64,000 nt of DNA, taken from Nemertoderma westbladi. Its lineage: Eukaryota; Animalia; Xenacoelomorpha. The stretch covers positions 1 through 64,000 of the forward strand of contig JAUCBJ010001563.1 in NCBI GenBank assembly GCA_032718475.1. The letters run 5' to 3'. The notes beneath the pieces are model-generated. The model was given only the letters and a program-made list of their open reading frames with translations. It was not told the DNA's origin and ran no database searches. Made by a program: the position numbers and the translations under genes. Of this stretch, positions 62,539 to 64,000 are shown one piece after another (the stretch's first letter is position 1; each line of letters begins with the position of its first letter).

Positions 62539-63206
62539 CCCTATTAGTACCGGGCTATAAAATGTTGTACAAATACCGGGAGGGGTCCCCTATATGCGCT
62601 CTGAAATGGTTTATATAAAGAATGCAGGTGTAAATGATTTATTAATTGCTGTGCAACAACCTAACCTTTTCAGTTATCTTCGCAAGAATTTTCAAGTTTG
62701 ATACCGGGCGAAAGTTATATATTTCATCGAAACGAGAACCCCAAAAAAACCCCAATTGCGTAAAAAACAAGTTTCAAACAATCAATTTTCAAAATTGACA
62801 TATTTCAAAATTTGGTGCTAGCACCAAAATTTGGCACGCGCCAAAAAAACAAGTTTGAAATTTCTAAATCAATTTATATGAACTCCATCCAACTGCTAAC
62901 ACCAAAAAACCGGTGTAAATCAAAAATAGAGATGTTACAATTCATATTTAATGAAATGTAATTTTCAAAAAACGTCTCAAAAAAAGTGCCAAAAGTAGGG
63001 TTAAAAAATGGTGCTATAACGCGAAAACTGCTCAATATTTTTGAAAATGGTTTTCACTACTAGGAAGACAATAGATTTTTGGGAAAAGTCATAAAGTTTC
63101 AGATTCTCAACTGCGTTTGTTTCAGAATTATAACAAAAAAACCACGGGAGGGGCCATATTGACCCCCACCCCCCCCCCCCCCCCCCCCCCCCCGGGTTTA
63201 ATAGGG
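62539..63206. mobile_element. TTAA-flanked (piggyBac-like) non-autonomous element
   Basis: TTAA|CCCTATTA...TAATAGGG|TTTA; internal 130 bp also present at about 61550-61680. Confidence 0.6.
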
Positions 63207-63317
63207 TTTATAAGAGTGAAAAGCTGTTATGAGTGAAGTTTGTAATAGTTTTCGATTTTCGCATCTGTATTTGTTGATTGTACTGTATTTGTGTATGTCA
63301 TTTACCATCAAGAAACC

Positions 63318-63566
63318 CGAGACTTGGAGGCGATCCTTGACACATTTCCCGACAACCGCAGCCAAACGACGCGCTACAGAATGCAAGGAAAGCAACTGGA
63401 TCTCCACCATACCGCTCAGTCAACATAACTTCGACCTGTACCAGCCCGAGTTTCGAGACGCCATTGCGATTCGGTACGGGTGACCAATCACCATAGTGCC
63501 GAACTGCTTTGATGGCATGGGTGGGGGCCTCCTTCGATCTAAATCACGGTTTAAATTGTCAATGGG
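63318..63566 (+). pseudogene. Degenerate fragment of a CRE-like element related to 25558-27776
   Basis: SNWISTIPLSQHNFDL..EFRDAIAIRYG*...FDLNHGLNC versus SGWISSLPIAEHQLDL..EFRDALAIRYG...FDLNHGLNC. Confidence 0.85.
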
Positions 63567-63654
63567 GGGGGGGGGGGGGGGGGGGGGCTCAAGATAATAA
63601 TTTCTGGCTGTTGTCGATGATCGATTTCAATATGACTGTAGCACTCATATTCTA

Positions 63655-63960
63655 GCCCAAAACAATTACCAATTGAGGGAAAGGAGCAGGTTAAAGAGTA
63701 AGGCTTTTCTAACCAAAACTATAAAAGATCACTTTTCCAATGAGGGGAAGGAGCAGGTTACATAGACGAGTTATTCTAACCAAAACAATAAACGAACACT
63801 TTTCCAATTGTGGGAAAGGAGCAGGTTACAGAGGCGGGCTTTTCTAACAAAAACAATAAACGATTATTTTGCCAATTAGGGAAAGAAACAGATTACAGAA
63901 ACGGCTTTTCTAACAAAAAAATAAACGACCATTTACCAAATTGAGAAAAAAGAGCACTTT
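63655..63960. repeat. Diverged ~65-bp tandem repeat (GGGAAAGGAGCAGGTTACAG...TTTCTAACCAAAACAATAAACG)
   Basis: About 4-5 units; single copies also near 7100, 10300, 11250, 17220 and 21510. Confidence 0.7.
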
Positions 63961-64000
63961 ACGGCAGCACGATTTTATAGTGCTGTTTTGGCAAAAAACG

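Overview
AT-rich, repeat-dominated eukaryotic DNA, most likely from an invertebrate animal given the transposon repertoire. The only clear host gene is an intronless kinesin-9 (KIF6/KIF9-like). The largest feature is a 17-kb Bel/Pao-derived LTR element (43658-60633) with about 99% identical 1158-bp LTRs, inserted in an L2-type LINE. It encodes a long Gag-protease with RT, most of RNase H and integrase missing in frame. It also carries a second gene of about 1400 codons. After reading through point stops and excising a 1408-bp foldback MITE, that gene shows a WRN/Mut-7/EXD-like DEDDy 3'-5' exonuclease domain, CCHC zinc knuckles and a basic C-terminal tail. Other content: a CACTA/EnSpm transposase with a spliced DUF4806-like partner gene; a 34-bp minisatellite containing a 5'-truncated CRE-like RT/REL retrotransposon; two minimal type I hammerhead ribozymes in a Penelope-like repeat, one directly behind a tRNA-like Pol III head; a solo LTR; CAGTC-ended DNA elements with 5-bp TSDs; Helentron-like repeats; MITEs; tRNA-derived SINEs; and LINE relics. 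All family calls come from motif recognition by eye, not from database searches.
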